From assembly GCF_004010195.1 (NCBI RefSeq), contig NC_057728.1, positions 43,894,569-43,958,568 on the forward strand: a stretch of DNA of 64,000 nt, given 5' to 3'. A program made the position numbers and the translations under genes. Positions within the stretch are counted from its first letter, which is position 1. Each line of letters begins with the position of its first letter. The notes beneath the pieces are model-generated. The model searched no databases, was not told the DNA's origin, and saw only the letters and a list, made by a program, of their open reading frames with translations. Origin of the DNA: Chiloscyllium plagiosum. Its lineage: Eukaryota. Positions 38,489-51,400 of the stretch are shown in pieces.

Positions 38489-39171
38489 TGAGGATCTGAG
38501 ACCTGAATATAGGCTGAGGTAGCTAGTTATTGTCAGGAATGACCACTTAATACATGCTCTTACTAACTTAGGTGGCAATAAAATGGCTTCTTAATGCAAA
38601 TAACATGACAAAATGGCTTTGAGGCTGCAAATTGACCATTCTACTTAAAGCTGCATAAAATGGCTTTTAACCATGCTAAAGGTGCATAATTGATTTGACC
38701 ACAATCTGCCTCTACGGAGATTAGCAGACAATGCTTCCTTTACCACACAGAAATAACTAGACTAGATAAGACATGACTGGCCATTCTCACTGACCTTCAA
38801 GTGCAGGAACTAGGTTCGTGTGATAAGAGAAACTTGAATATTGGAAACCAAGATTGGTTCCCAGGAAATATCATTGGGCTCAATTACTGTCAATAAAACC
38901 ATTTCATTAAGTTGATTAGTAATTGTTTGAATGAACTGTACGATTGTGGCCTGTACCTCTATTTAAGAAAAGTATAAAAATGTCTTTGTTTTAAGCCATG
39001 TGCGCAGTTCCAATGGGAAACAGAGGTTAAGTGTTTAATCTCTGTGTTTCTGGATGATCTGTGCTTGGCTATGTTAAATAAGTGTGAAATCTTAAAGGAC
39101 CAGACTGATTGTGAGTGGTTATTGACCGATCACGGAACAGAGCCCACCCCCCAACCTGGTCCAGATATTCA
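38489..39171 (+). mobile_element. Solo LTR (683 bp)
   Basis: TG...CA termini with imperfect inverted ends, 4-bp TSD CCTT (38485-38488 and 39172-39175), TATA-like GTATAAAA near 38972. Confidence 0.7.
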
Positions 39172-41270
39172 CCTTTACTATGTTATTAATTTAGACAAAT
39201 ACCAACTCCTGTGGAAAAAATTGTTAAAGTGTAATTTATCTTGAACTGTCTTTTGAGATTGACATCCCTACCAGATATAGTTTCATGTTTGGTAGTGTAA
39301 TGACTTCATACTGTGCGTACTTTCTGCTGTGCTACCTCATTCTTAAACTGACTTTTTAACCTCTTCCAAAATTATACTAAAGAGGAGTGTCGCCATTGCA
39401 ATATGCCATCCAGATGCTTAACCATTCTGAATGGGCAAGCGGGTGATTGGAGATCTGAAAACGTGAAGTACACTAAGGATGCCAGCAATTTTGTTAAGTG
39501 TAGTGGGGCTCCAATTCTAGAAAACTAAGTTAATCTATCAGGTATTACATGTTATAAACATATGCTCAGTGGTATTTGTATTCCAGGAAAATTACAAAAT
39601 ATAATCTTTTTCAAGGGCCACAGAGGTACTTAAAAGAGTAACAGAGGCTTTTAAAGGATGTATCTTGAAAGCAGGGCAGATAATTAATGAAAGTTACAAA
39701 TAGCATTGTGAAATAACTTTAAATTATTCACATATGAATTTTCTTGGGGGACAAATGTGCTCTCACATTGTATATTTCAAGGTAAAGTAGGAGTTGTTTT
39801 TCTGGTCACTGCCATTCAGTTAAAGGTATACTGATTGTGCAGAGAAAATACATGTAGGTACAGATATTGGAGATCATTTGGTACTGGATAAAAAACAAAC
39901 TTTCATCAATTAGTGCTTGAATTTTCCACCATAAGAAACCTAAAATAGTCACTTGTATAAAAATATATACATCTTAAAATATAATCCAATATCTGTACCT
40001 ACAATTTTTTTTTTCAGTATTACATTTTAAGATGTATTTATTTTTACAACAAATTTCTTACATCTGGCCTTTTGGTAAACAAAAAATCCATTTCTTGACT
40101 GTCATAACAGTCCTAGACACAAACATCTTTAACTGCTTAATCAATGCCTATTTCTCCATTCCCTAACTTTGAAGTAGTGATGTTTGTTGGTGATTGTAAA
40201 ATTTTCAGATTAAATTAGGCCATGCAAGTGTTCTGCAAAATCTGGACAACACTCAATCTGAGGTTCGCAAATGACAAGCAACAATCATGTCACCAGATGA
40301 CAAGCAATGACTGTCTTCAACATGGGAGAGTCTTAAAAATCTGCCACTAGTATGAAAAATACTTTAACTGAATCCCCAACCATCAACAGATGGCATTTAT
40401 CATTGACCAGAAAGTTTATGTAAATAGTATAGTTACAGGAGCCAGTCAAAGCCTGAGAATAATTTACCTTCTGACTCTCCAGAGCATGTCCACCATCTGT
40501 GAGATAGAATTAAGAGTGTGAAGGAAAACTCTAGCTAGCTGTCTGGATTAGTGCAGTTTTCCCTACACTCAAGAAGCTCAACTCCATTCAAACCAAGCAA
40601 GTTTGCTTGACTGGCATCCTACCTACCAGTTTTAATGTTTGCACCCCCCACTACTATCATGCAGTCGCAGCAGTCTATTCCATCTGTAAGTAATAATTAA
40701 CTAAACTTTATTTGACCACACCTCCTAAACCTGCAACCCATACCACTATAAAAGCAAATTCTGTTTTCCGTGATACACTCACATCATAAATTAAGTTAAA
40801 AATCTATTTATATTTTAATTGGGCATAACTTACAGTTGTGCAGAGAATCTTTTTGTTCAATAATATTAGGTCATTTCATTCCCCTCTCTCATGTGTATTA
40901 ATGAGTTATATGAGACAAATACTAACTGAAGGTTATTAACCCAGAACCTTAATTTCAATAAAGCTTTGCTTTAATGTTGTATAACAGTATTTTACTCTGA
41001 ATGCTAAAATAATTTTTCATGCCCTTAATGTTTCTGGGAAATTCAATTTTCTACAGCTTTGTACTCTACATTCCTCATTGGATATGTAAAGAATAGTTAT
41101 TTAGACTCTTAAGCAGAAAAAATGTGGATTTGGTACTGTGAAAGATACAATAGAGCCAGAATACACAAAATACTTAAAACTTTCTTTTTGTATTTTTCTT
41201 CTCTAAGCAATAGTGGTAATTAGATCTAAGATTTAGTCTATGCTTAAACTTTATCTTTTCTCATGGCCAG

Positions 41271-41423
41271 AAAAAATCGATGCCTCGGTATGGGATGAGT
41301 CTGAAAAACTTAGAGATGTGGCTGCTTACAAGAGAGTTACTCAGGATCACTCCCTGCCAAACCTTGGAGTATGCACATCACTGAATGACCTGCTACAAGA
41401 GATGTGGGGAAATAAGCAAAAAG
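41271..41423 (+). CDS. METTL25: METTL25 exon 2 (KIDASVWDESEKLRDVAAY...SLPNLGVCTSLNDLLQEMWGNKQK)
   Basis: S..NLG.CT motif; CCAG acceptor, G|GTTTGC donor, 153 nt, phase 1/1. Confidence 0.9.
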
Positions 41424-42543
41424 GTTTGCAAATCTGTGTTGTTTTTTTTTTGTGTAATACGGATTGCTGCACGTATTTCATATGTACAGCACAGAAGTAG
41501 GCTATTCAATTTGGTCAATGTCAGTTTAATGCTGCTCAGAGTGCCTTCTTCCACCCACCTTCTTCTAATCCTATCAACTTAATCTTCTATTCCTTTCTGT
41601 CTTAAGTTCTAACTCTAGATTCATTTTAAATGTATTGATGCTATTCATCTCAACTTTGCCTGTCAGTAATGAGTTCTCAACCTAACCACTGTCTGAGGAA
41701 AGAAGTTTCTGCTCAATGTTTCACTAGACTTATTAGTGACTAGCTTATAATTATGAACCATAGTTCTGCTCTCCCCACATGGGAAAGTTCTTCTATACTT
41801 CTATTCTTCATAAACTTAAAAGCAGTTATTAGGTTATTCCTTAGCCTTCAATCTGTAGTTAAAAATGGTTTAGTTAAGTCATGCTCAACTTAAAATGATT
41901 TATTAGTTTTTATGTTATGATGCTTTTATTGTTATATTGGTTTTCCTGTTAATTCATTAAATTATAATTTTCACTTTGTTTCAGAATCTGATTAAATAAT
42001 CAATTTTACCATCTTGTCTTTAGTCCAAAACTCAATTTTAAGTTTTGACCCACCATGTCATTTTGCATATTTTCAGATTTCATATTTTCTGATTTATCTT
42101 GCTGAATATTTGATTTCTTTTTCACATAGTTTAGTTTTGAAACCTATTTCAACCTTTTCATGTGCCTTCTGTTCTATCATTTAATATTATATCACTGTCT
42201 TTTATTACAATCATAAATCACTAGCTTTCCAGTTACATATCAAGTCATCTTGTACAGCATACCATGTCTCTTCTGAACCTGGTGTGTTCTATGACATTGC
42301 CTATGGTTTCAAGGAGGGAATTTTGATTTACTAACGGATTGGATACTGAGGGATTTTGTTTATATGTTTTGCCTCATGCCCTTGTGATCTAACTGCACAT
42401 TGTAAGACTTCAGGCTCTTCACTTGAATGCCAACATGATTTGGCAGGCTTTGGCTATAGTTGGATGGGCATCATTCCGATAGAGGCTACAGGACCAGGTA
42501 GGCCCAATCCCTAAGCCTGAGGATGAGATTGGCCCCAAACTTG

Positions 42544-43552
42544 TGTTATGAAGTTGTAGGTATGCTGTACCTCTAAGAGAGTTGAAAGACTGGTAAGGAC
42601 TTAGCAAGCATACAGAGTGCTGGAAAATTTAAAATTAAAAATTCCCGCCTCAGGCGACTGACTGTGTGGAGTTTGCACGTTCTCCCCGTGTCTGCGTGGG
42701 TTTCCTCCGGGTGCTCCGATTTCCTCACACAGTCCAAAGATGTGCAGGTCAGGTGAATTGGCCATGCTATATTGCCCGTAATGTTAGGTAAGGGGTAAAT
42801 GTAGGGGTATGGGTGGGTTACGCTTTGGCAGGTCGGTGTGGACTTGTTGGGCCGAAGGGCCTGTTTCCACACTGTAATCTAATCTAATCTAATGTAATCT
42901 AATCTAATCTAATGTAACATTTGGTCGAACAGCTAGCAGTGACTGGGTTGCAATGAGACAAAAACGAATTCAAATTCGGCCAATCAATTTAAATTATGCC
43001 CCAAGATACCAAACCCCAATTAAGTTTGAATTTAGTATTTTGACAATATTAAAACCAATGAAACGATCCCAACTTTCGGTGTATAAATATCAGACATTTT
43101 GCACAGTAAGCCAAAGCGGCAAAGAGCAGCAAGCCACCAGCTAGAATAGACTGCCAGCAGAACTGCTGTCTAAAAGGTACCTTTATCTATCAAAGACCTG
43201 TGAATCAGAATCCCTAAGAAGCAGAGAAGAAGACAGAAAAATCTACAGAGGAAACTTGGCAATGCTGACTGGTTTTGAAATGTGACTTTTTTGTAAATCG
43301 TAATTAGGATTTTTTTGTCGGACTAGTATTGTAGAGGGAGAGGTAAAAGATAGGTTTAAGAGAAAGTAGTTGTAAATGGTTGTTAGTTAATATTCTCTGT
43401 TAGACTAAAGAATAAAGTTGTTAATTTTTACTTTAAATAGTGACTTTTGAGATAGCACTTGGCCTCTCGAATTTAAAGATTACAACACTGGATGAATCTT
43501 ACCTGTGTTGCTGGTTTAAATTAGCAGAGGGATTTACCCCTTTGTCTTAACA
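42544..43552 (+). mobile_element. Solo LTR interrupted by an HE1 SINE
   Basis: TGTTA...TAACA ends; 4-bp TSD CTTG (42540-42543 and 43553-43556); CCAAT, GTATAAAT (43081) and AATAAA (~43411) in LTR order. Confidence 0.75.
42641..42912 (+). mobile_element. 5'-truncated HE1 V-SINE
   Basis: Near-identical to 59825-60082, with a (TAATC)n tail. Confidence 0.9.
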
Positions 43553-44199
43553 CTTGGGAGAAAGGTGGATTGAGGTGCTTTTTACTGGTCTTTCATATAG
43601 TACGGTAGCATGGGGAGGAGAGTAGGGCTACCATCTCAGGACAACTTTGATCCCAATGGGAAGTCCAATCTTTGCTCTTCGCAATGTGGTTTCTGATTTC
43701 TGACACCAATTTGTGGTGGATGAACTGCATGTTTCTTTTGGGGTGGGGGGTGTGTGGGCAGCGGCAAGTGGTTAGTGGACACAGGGTCTGATTATAGGTG
43801 AACTTCAGGCCTGCGAAAGCCAGTTTAATTTGAAGGCTGCACAGGTTTAGAAAAGCTGAGTACACTTCGTGACAGAACAGTGAACTGGCACATTGCACTG
43901 TTTGATTTTTATATGTAATAAATATATATTTATTCATCAAATTACACAAAAGTGAAACAGAAACATGAAAAAAGACAAAATAAACGTTTATGCTGAAATC
44001 CTAATCTCAAGCACCCATTATGTTCTCATATGCATTTGCATCAACCAGTGTAAGCTGATCTTAAATGTTGTCATGATACAGAATCTTCCCAGGCCCTGAG
44101 CTATTTGGGCTATGGTGACAAATGTGGGCGAATTGCATGAGGTGTCAAGTGAGGCCAGTCTCGATGTTGAGACTGCCAAGTTACATTTTCGAACTAAGT

Positions 44200-45055
44200 T
44201 TTGTAGTGAGGAAATCTAACAAAGGATACAACAGAATGTAGACAAATTAGAAAGTTAGATGAGATGTGGCACATGGACTTGAATCTGGCCAAGTGTAAGC
44301 TGATGCATCTTGGGAGGTCAAATGCAAAAATAATGTATACAGTAAATGCCAGGATCATTAGAAGCACTGAAATACAGAGGGATCTTGGGTGCAAGTCCAT
44401 AGCTCTCTGGAAATAGGAGCACAAGTGGATAAGATGATAAAGAAGACATTTGGCATGCTGGCCATCATTGTTTGGGGCATTGAGTATAAAAGTTGACAAG
44501 ACATGATTCAGCTGAATAAGATTTTAGTTAGGCCTCATTTGGATTACTGTATACAGTTCTGGTCACCACATATAGGAAGGATGCGGGGGCTTTGGAGAAG
44601 GCGCAAGCGAGGTTTACCAGGATGTTGGATTGGAATGTAGTAATTATATGGAAAGATTGGGCAAACTTGCATTGTTTTTGCTCAACATTGAAGGCTGAGG
44701 GGCAACCTGATAAGAGTAAAAGTATGAGAGGCATGGATAGAGTAGATAGTCAGAGTCTTTTTCCCAGGGTGGAAATGTCAAATACCACATAGCATATGTT
44801 TAAGGTGAGAGAGGAAATGTTTAAAGAAGGTGTGCAAGGTAAGCTTTTTATACAGAGGGTAGTAGGTGCCTGGAACACACTGCCAGCAGAGGTGGGAGAG
44901 GCAGATATGATAGCAACATTTAACAGGCATTTAGACAGACTCATGAACAGACAGAGAACAGAGGGATATGGATCATGTGTAGGCAAATAGGATTATTTTA
45001 GAATGGCATCATGGCTGGCAAAGACATGTTGGGCGGAAGGACCTGTTCTATGTTC
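44200..45055 (+). mobile_element. Decayed CR1 3' portion
   Basis: KCKLMHLG, QFWSP, SLFPRVE, QRVVGAWNTLP plus 3' UTR. Confidence 0.9.
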
Positions 45056-45564
45056 TGTGAGACAAGATTCTTGCATGTGAGCATGAAAGGCTTGGTAACA
45101 GGAATTTTCACCCTCATTATAACTTTATCTCACCTGTTTAATACATATAGCACTGTCCTATTTTACCATCCGCTGTATAGAAACTAGACATCATTGCTGA
45201 TATGAAAGTCAGAGTAATTACCTGGTGATTAGATATTACTGCTTGCTCCTTTGGATGTCCAGCGGTTGCATGCACCCCATGTCCATAGATACTGGCATCC
45301 AGCATGTGCTAGCCCTTGAGCACCACTCCTCTGATCCACTTATAGTACACTGTACTTTAGTTCAGAATTTTGGAATACGAGCACCTTCATTGGAACTTTG
45401 CTGCAACATCATGTACCCAGCTCACAGACTGGAATGTTCATTCACTTTGTGTTTAACTAGATATTCAAAGCATCCCTGGGCAATGCCTAGCCTAATAGTA
45501 TTTTGCCCTGTAAGCTAAACTTTTAAGGCTTGCACCACTTCTGCCTTGCTGTATTCCTTAATTT

Positions 45565-45765
45565 AAAAGTTGCATAACCCAGGTTACAGTCCGACAGGTT
45601 TATTTGGAAGTACAAGCTCTTGGAACGCTGCCCCTCACTAGCTACCTGACGAAGGAGCAGTGCTCCGACAGCTTGTTCTTCCAAATAAAATTGTTGGACT
45701 ATAACCAGGTATTGTGTGACTTTTAACTTTGTCCACTCCAGTCCAGCACCGACACCCCCATATCA
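45565..45765 (+). mobile_element. Small fold-back PLE-derived element (same family as 8997-9862)
   Basis: Inverted arms plus tail; degenerate hammerhead core CTGACGA-A-GGAGC-AGT-GCTCC-GACAGCT. Confidence 0.7.
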
Positions 45766-46929
45766 CGGGTTCCTTAGTGTCAACACAATGACAGTCACTT
45801 TGATATGCTGGTCAACAGTCATCAGTTAAGAGCTGGATATGTTGCTGTATGTCACAGTGGTTTTTCAATCTCATAACCAAAATATGTGCCAGTAGACTAT
45901 GTGGCAAATGCTCTGTATGTCTGTTAACTAAATGGCTATAACTCAAAATCGAAGGGGATTTTCCTCACTCAGATCAAGGGGGATTGATGTTAGTCAGAGG
46001 TTTCTGGTACACTTAATCAACGGCAGCAGATGCTATCAGTCCAGAGGCATGAGCATGATTAGGCAGCTGCATGGAGCAGTCAGGATCCAGAGAGTCCATC
46101 TCACTCCAGTCTAGGGAGTGGCCATGGACAGTTCAGTAAGTCCTGTGCATGTGGTCAAGAGATTACTGAATCATCAGACAGGGAGAATCTTAGAAACACA
46201 GAGATCAGTCAGGGGTCTGGTCAGTCTTCAGTTCTTAGAGGTTTTATGTTGGGGGGAGAACCTGACAGTCAAACCTTTGGTGTCCAACAAGACTTATGTT
46301 GCCTCCCATGATCATTTGAGTGTTAAATATAACCTGTGAGGGGAAAATGGCTGCAATCACATGCAGAGTGGCTGTGCATTTGTTGGCCAGAATTGCAGGC
46401 TGTACTTCTGTTTGATAGGAGTATGTTCAAGGGTAATTGCATCAGTTGGACACTTGCAGAGTGCAGGTTGAAGTCGCTGGCAATCATATCATTATGCATA
46501 TGAAATAAATGCATTATACAACTGGGTCGTTGCAAATGCTGGTCGCAAGCAGTGTTGACTGTGTCATTTAACCTTGCAGATAAACATCCCTGTGAAGCAG
46601 AAGTGATCCCAGGCACCCTTAAAAGAGACATCTGTGGGCTTCAAAGCACCCACTTAATGCAAGGCTACCTAGGATGTACAATGGCACAGAACTGATTCCC
46701 TCTCAACCTAAACTACGGGTATTATGCATAGTGCTCTTATATGTAATAATTCCACTTGTGGATGATGTGGGACTGGAAGGAGGTGAGTTCAGTGCTCATG
46801 AAGCACCTGCACTCTCTGACTGTCTCTTTGCTACGTGATTGGTGGTGTGCATTAATTCGAATATAGCCCAATGCCATAGTTCTAAAAAAAAATCATTCCA
46901 TGGCCTTCCTTGTTAAAATGCTCCATATC

Positions 46930-47478
46930 ACACTCTTAGAGGAACATCTCTGAGACACCCGCACTCACCAATCCCACCGCCCTCTGGTTGAACTCCCTCT
47001 CTCACTCCGTCAAGGACATGCAGGTCCTGGGCCTCCTCCACCGCCAAACCCTTACCACCTGACGCCTGGAGGAGGAACACTTCATATTCTGCCTTGAGAC
47101 TCTGCAACCACATGGGATAAATTTGGATTTCAACAGCTTCCTCATTTCCCCTTCCCCCACATTGTCCCGGTCCCAAGCCACCAACTCGGCACCACCCTTC
47201 GGAACCATCCATTCCCCCCCCCACCCCATTCCCCCCCCCACCCGCTTGACCTATCACCCTCTCTCTCACCTTCATCCACCTATCACTTTCCCAGCTACTT
47301 TCCCCAAATCCCTCCCATTTGTCTCGCAGCTCCGACCCACAAGCCTCATTCCTGATGAAGGGTTTATGCCCGAAACGTTGATTCTCCTGGTCCTCAGATG
47401 CTGCCTGACCTGCTGTTCTTTTCCAAGCACTACACTGTTGACTCTGATCTCCAGCATCTGCAGTCCTCACTTTCTCCT
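46930..47478 (+). mobile_element. PLE 3' fragment (GIY-YIG end plus pseudo-LTR)
   Basis: DMQVLGL...RLEEEHFIFCL.TLQP.GIN.DF remnant; hammerhead core at 47352-47379. Confidence 0.85.
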
Positions 47479-47599
47479 CTTGGAGGAATGTTTTAAGCCA
47501 TCAGTTGTAAGTGATATGAATGGTGACTGCTCACATTGCTAATGACCTGTTTTGCTTCTTCTGGACTCCACACAAGTTAATTGTCAGGGGCTCCAGACT

Positions 47600-48690
47600 A
47601 TCCTTTTTTTTCTGCAATGCAATGATGGTGCAGAGAAATAGGAGAAGAACTGGTGTACCGGCAGGCCCAAGACCAGAGGTATCCTCTAGCAGAGATCCAA
47701 CAGCCTCCACATGAAGAGATTCAGCTAAAGGTCCCTGCGGAATGTCCAGAAGTTAGAAGCCATTTTCTCCCGATGAGTGAAGCACAGTGTTTGCACAGGC
47801 TGAGGATGTCAAGGGATACTGTCCCTAAACAATGCCGAATGCATGGCCATCCTACCCCAATGGTTGTCAGATGACAGCTGCTTTGAACATTCATGCAACT
47901 GACTTCTTTCAAGGAGCCACTGGGGACCTGTGTGGAATCTCTCACATATTCTCGCAGAAATACATCAAGGCTCTAACTGTTGTCATTTATGTCAGATCAC
48001 ATTGCTTCATCTCATTTCCCCTTGACGAGGTCAGTGTTGCAGTTGGGTAGTAGGCTGCAGCAACATAGCTGGCTTCCTCCAGGTGCAGGATACAAAAGAC
48101 TGTACACCATATCATAACGCAACTGAGTTCATCAATTGAAAAGGGTTTCATTCCATCAATGTGCAAGTCATCTGTGACGATTGGTACCACATCTTAGAAG
48201 TTTGCGACAAGCAACTGTCATGAAGTCATTATTCTTGAAATCTCTGATGTTCCAGCTGCATTTAAGTGTCTAGCCTTATAAGGATGGAGAGTAGGGCTAC
48301 CCACTGCAACTTTGGCTAATAATTCGTGCAATCCTTTGGCAGAAAAGGAGTGTAGAAACACTGCAGCCCATTTTTCAACCAGGATCATACTTGGAACAGA
48401 TGATAGGCCTGGTGCAGTTGAGGTTCTGCTGCTTGGACCAATCTAATGTTTTCTTGCAGTATATTCCAGACAAAATGTGCCTCATAACCCTCACAAGCTT
48501 TGTTCCGTACAACTCGAACAGGCACCAAGGAAATGTGTTCGATGCTGACAGACTAGGTGAGTTTAGCAGTCTTCTTCTGAGGGTAATTAGGACTCTGAGC
48601 AGGAGGAAGACCACCTTGCACATTATATACCACAGCACCATTTGGCAGTACACACCACACAGGACTTAATTGACATGCAGTTCCAGTAGA
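47600..48690 (+). mobile_element. Decayed PIF/Harbinger (HARBI1-like) transposase
   Basis: Frameshifted remnants MSEAQCLHRLRMSRDTV, ALNIHATDFFQGATGDLCGISH, FIN*KGFHSIN(VQVICD) and EQMIGLVQLRFCCLD. Confidence 0.8.
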
Positions 48691-50037
48691 TGAAAGCTGG
48701 TTTCAGTGATTCTACAAAAAATGTTAATGCTTAACATGCAAACAGTTTGTTTAGTTTCTGGAAGGTTAATATAGCTTCTGTTTGTTTGATTTCTGTTTGC
48801 TTTTGGTGCTTGCAAATAGAACCAAATATTTTGAAATGACTGAATGTTTCATTTATGTGATGGTCATTACGGAAATTGTGTTGCACATTACGGAAACCAA
48901 ATCACTGACACAGAGAGGATTGTAAGATAGGAGTTGGATCAGGACAGTTGACCTGTGTGGCGTGGTGCTCAAACAGCAATAGCAATAGGAATGTATAGGT
49001 GTCGTGCATTGAAGTGCCAGACATGCCAACTATTTGCTGTGAGAAGAGGTAGTTTGTGACTTCTGTGTCACTTTTCACAGTGAAAGCCAATGGCAGACTG
49101 CCTGTGCTTGACTGGGTGTGTAGCTGAGATTACAAGATCGTCCTGGCATCAAGGATGCAGGGATATCTTACAGTGGCAAGTACTTCCAGCTACTATGAGT
49201 ATGAAAAGTCTGACTCACATTTGACAATGGGGATACCAAGACTAAGTGGTAGGTCATTAACAAGGCAAGCTTCAGACAAACCTGCTGCCTCAGGCAGAGA
49301 AATCCTCAGTGAAACTTGACAAAAATGGCATTTTGCTAAAATTGGGACAATTCAGATCATTGTCACAGCTTCAATCAATAACCCTGTGTGTATTTCAAAG
49401 CATTACCACCCTCAGCAAAAATATTATTATTGCTTCCAGTCTTATATCTTCACATTGTATTTTTAGCTACTCAACCCCAGGTTTACATTGTTTCGTACAT
49501 TTCACTTCATCCTGCAATCAACTCTGTTCTTACAAAAACAGCATTTTCTCCATATTTTAATTTCTTCAAAGCAAGGGTCTTGGACCCTTGAGAATGGCTG
49601 AAAGGTGACTCAAAGTATGGTCCAACCAGGGAGAGCGTAAGCCCATTCCATTCACACTTGGATACCATAATTGCATTTTGCAACATCCACATTTGTATGT
49701 CGGTATGTAAGAAGCCTAACCACTGTTCTGCTGGAACACTGATGACGAAAGACAGCCCAAGGAAATATAGTGTCTAGTGCCTTTCTGTTGAAATCTGGCA
49801 CTACGGGTTGCAAAATTGAGAGACCTAATACCATTTTACAGGTTGTTGTAAAGTTAATTTCTTTCTCTATGTTGCTATAAAGTTATCTTTCATCTAAATA
49901 TTATTTCATTACATCATGTGATCACAAGTTTTTTTTTGAGATGATAAACATAGGAAATCTTCTTGTGTAAAGATGAGGCAATTTTAATTATTTTGGCAGA
50001 AGAGAAGACTTTGAGTTTTTTTTGTCTTTCTTCTCAG

Positions 50038-50144
50038 ATGTATTCTTAAAACCCAGCACATTTATGAGTTCAAAGAAGTCCCATGAGGTTGAGTTGATGT
50101 CTGAAGTCATTGTATCGTTTGCCAAATATTGCAGTATTCAACAG
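50038..50144 (+). CDS. METTL25: METTL25 exon 3 (VFLKPSTFMSSKKSHEVELMSEVIVSFAKYCSIQQ)
   Basis: FM..KKSHEV..MSE motif; long polypyrimidine acceptor, CAG|GTGAGA donor, 107 nt, phase 1/0. The next exon, with the SAM-binding motif, was not found in the window. Confidence 0.95.
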
Positions 50145-50984
50145 GTGAGAGAACTTCCAGTCATTCTAATCAGGTAATCACAGGACAATTTCCAAGTCTG
50201 TTTAAATAACCAGTTTTCTCAAAGCAGTGTGTCCTGGAAGTTACTAATCTGACATTGAATATGCAAGGAAAATACAATGCTTAATTTCTGAATTTATTTT
50301 TGCTTTCATTGAAGTTCTTTCCATATAGATATGAGATGGTGTGACAGTAATTTTGGTGGAATGCTTCAGCTTCCATGCAATTAATATGTGATACATTTTG
50401 GTGATGTAGCAGTTTAGTATCTAGTAACCATGCAAATTTAGAACTTGATGCAAAGGTGGTTGTACTATGAAATACTAAATCTGTTCTTTAAACTCTCCTT
50501 ATGCATTTGGGATGATTTTATCTATTGAGTGGGAACCATGTGTTGCAGCCTTGCTGATTTTAATAGCTAGCCCTAATTAGCATGCTGCTTCCTGATCAAA
50601 AGAGATGGGACGCGGCTACTCACATTTTAAAATCAGGAAGTCAGAGATGTTGCCAATGTAATGCCAACTCTATTTCTAGTTCTGGGCAATAATGGAGCTT
50701 TGATCATATGACAATTTGATTACATGACATATGATCACGTGAAATTTTGTTGTGCTATTTCAACACATGACCTTGATAAACACTATTATAGAATCATAGA
50801 AATGTTATGATGCAGAAGGAGGCTATTTGGCCCATTGCATCTGCACCAACTCATTAAATGAACATCATTACCAACTGCCAGTGTCCTGTTTTTTTCCCAA
50901 TATCCTTGTATGTTATTTTTATCCAAATAATCATCCAGTGTTCTATTGAATGACCTTTTACTTCTAAAGGTTGGATCTTGTAGA

Positions 50985-51400
50985 GTCATAGAGTCATACA
51001 GCACAGAAACAGACCCTTCAGTCCAACTTGTCCATGCTGATCGGGTTTTCCAAACTAAGCTAGTTTCATTTGGCTATGTTTGGTCCATATACTTCTAAAC
51101 TTTTCTATTTGTGTACCTGTCCAAATTGCTTTTAAATGTTATAACTGTAATTGCAACTACCACTTCCTCTGACATTTCATTCCACATGTGCACCACCCTT
51201 TGTGTGAAATAGCTGCTCCTCAGGTCCCTTTTAAATCTTCCACCTCTCACCTTAAACCTGTGCTCTCTAGTTTTGGACTCTCCTACACTAGGGAAAAGAA
51301 AAAGACCTTAGCTATTCACCTTATCTATACCTGTCATGATTTTATAAACTTCTATAAGGTCACTCCTCAACCTCCACCCTCCAGGGAAAAAAGATCTCAG
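50985..51400 (-). mobile_element. CR1 3' end
   Basis: RLRSDLIEVYKIM.GIDKV and an AGAGTCAT-repeat tail. Confidence 0.85.
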
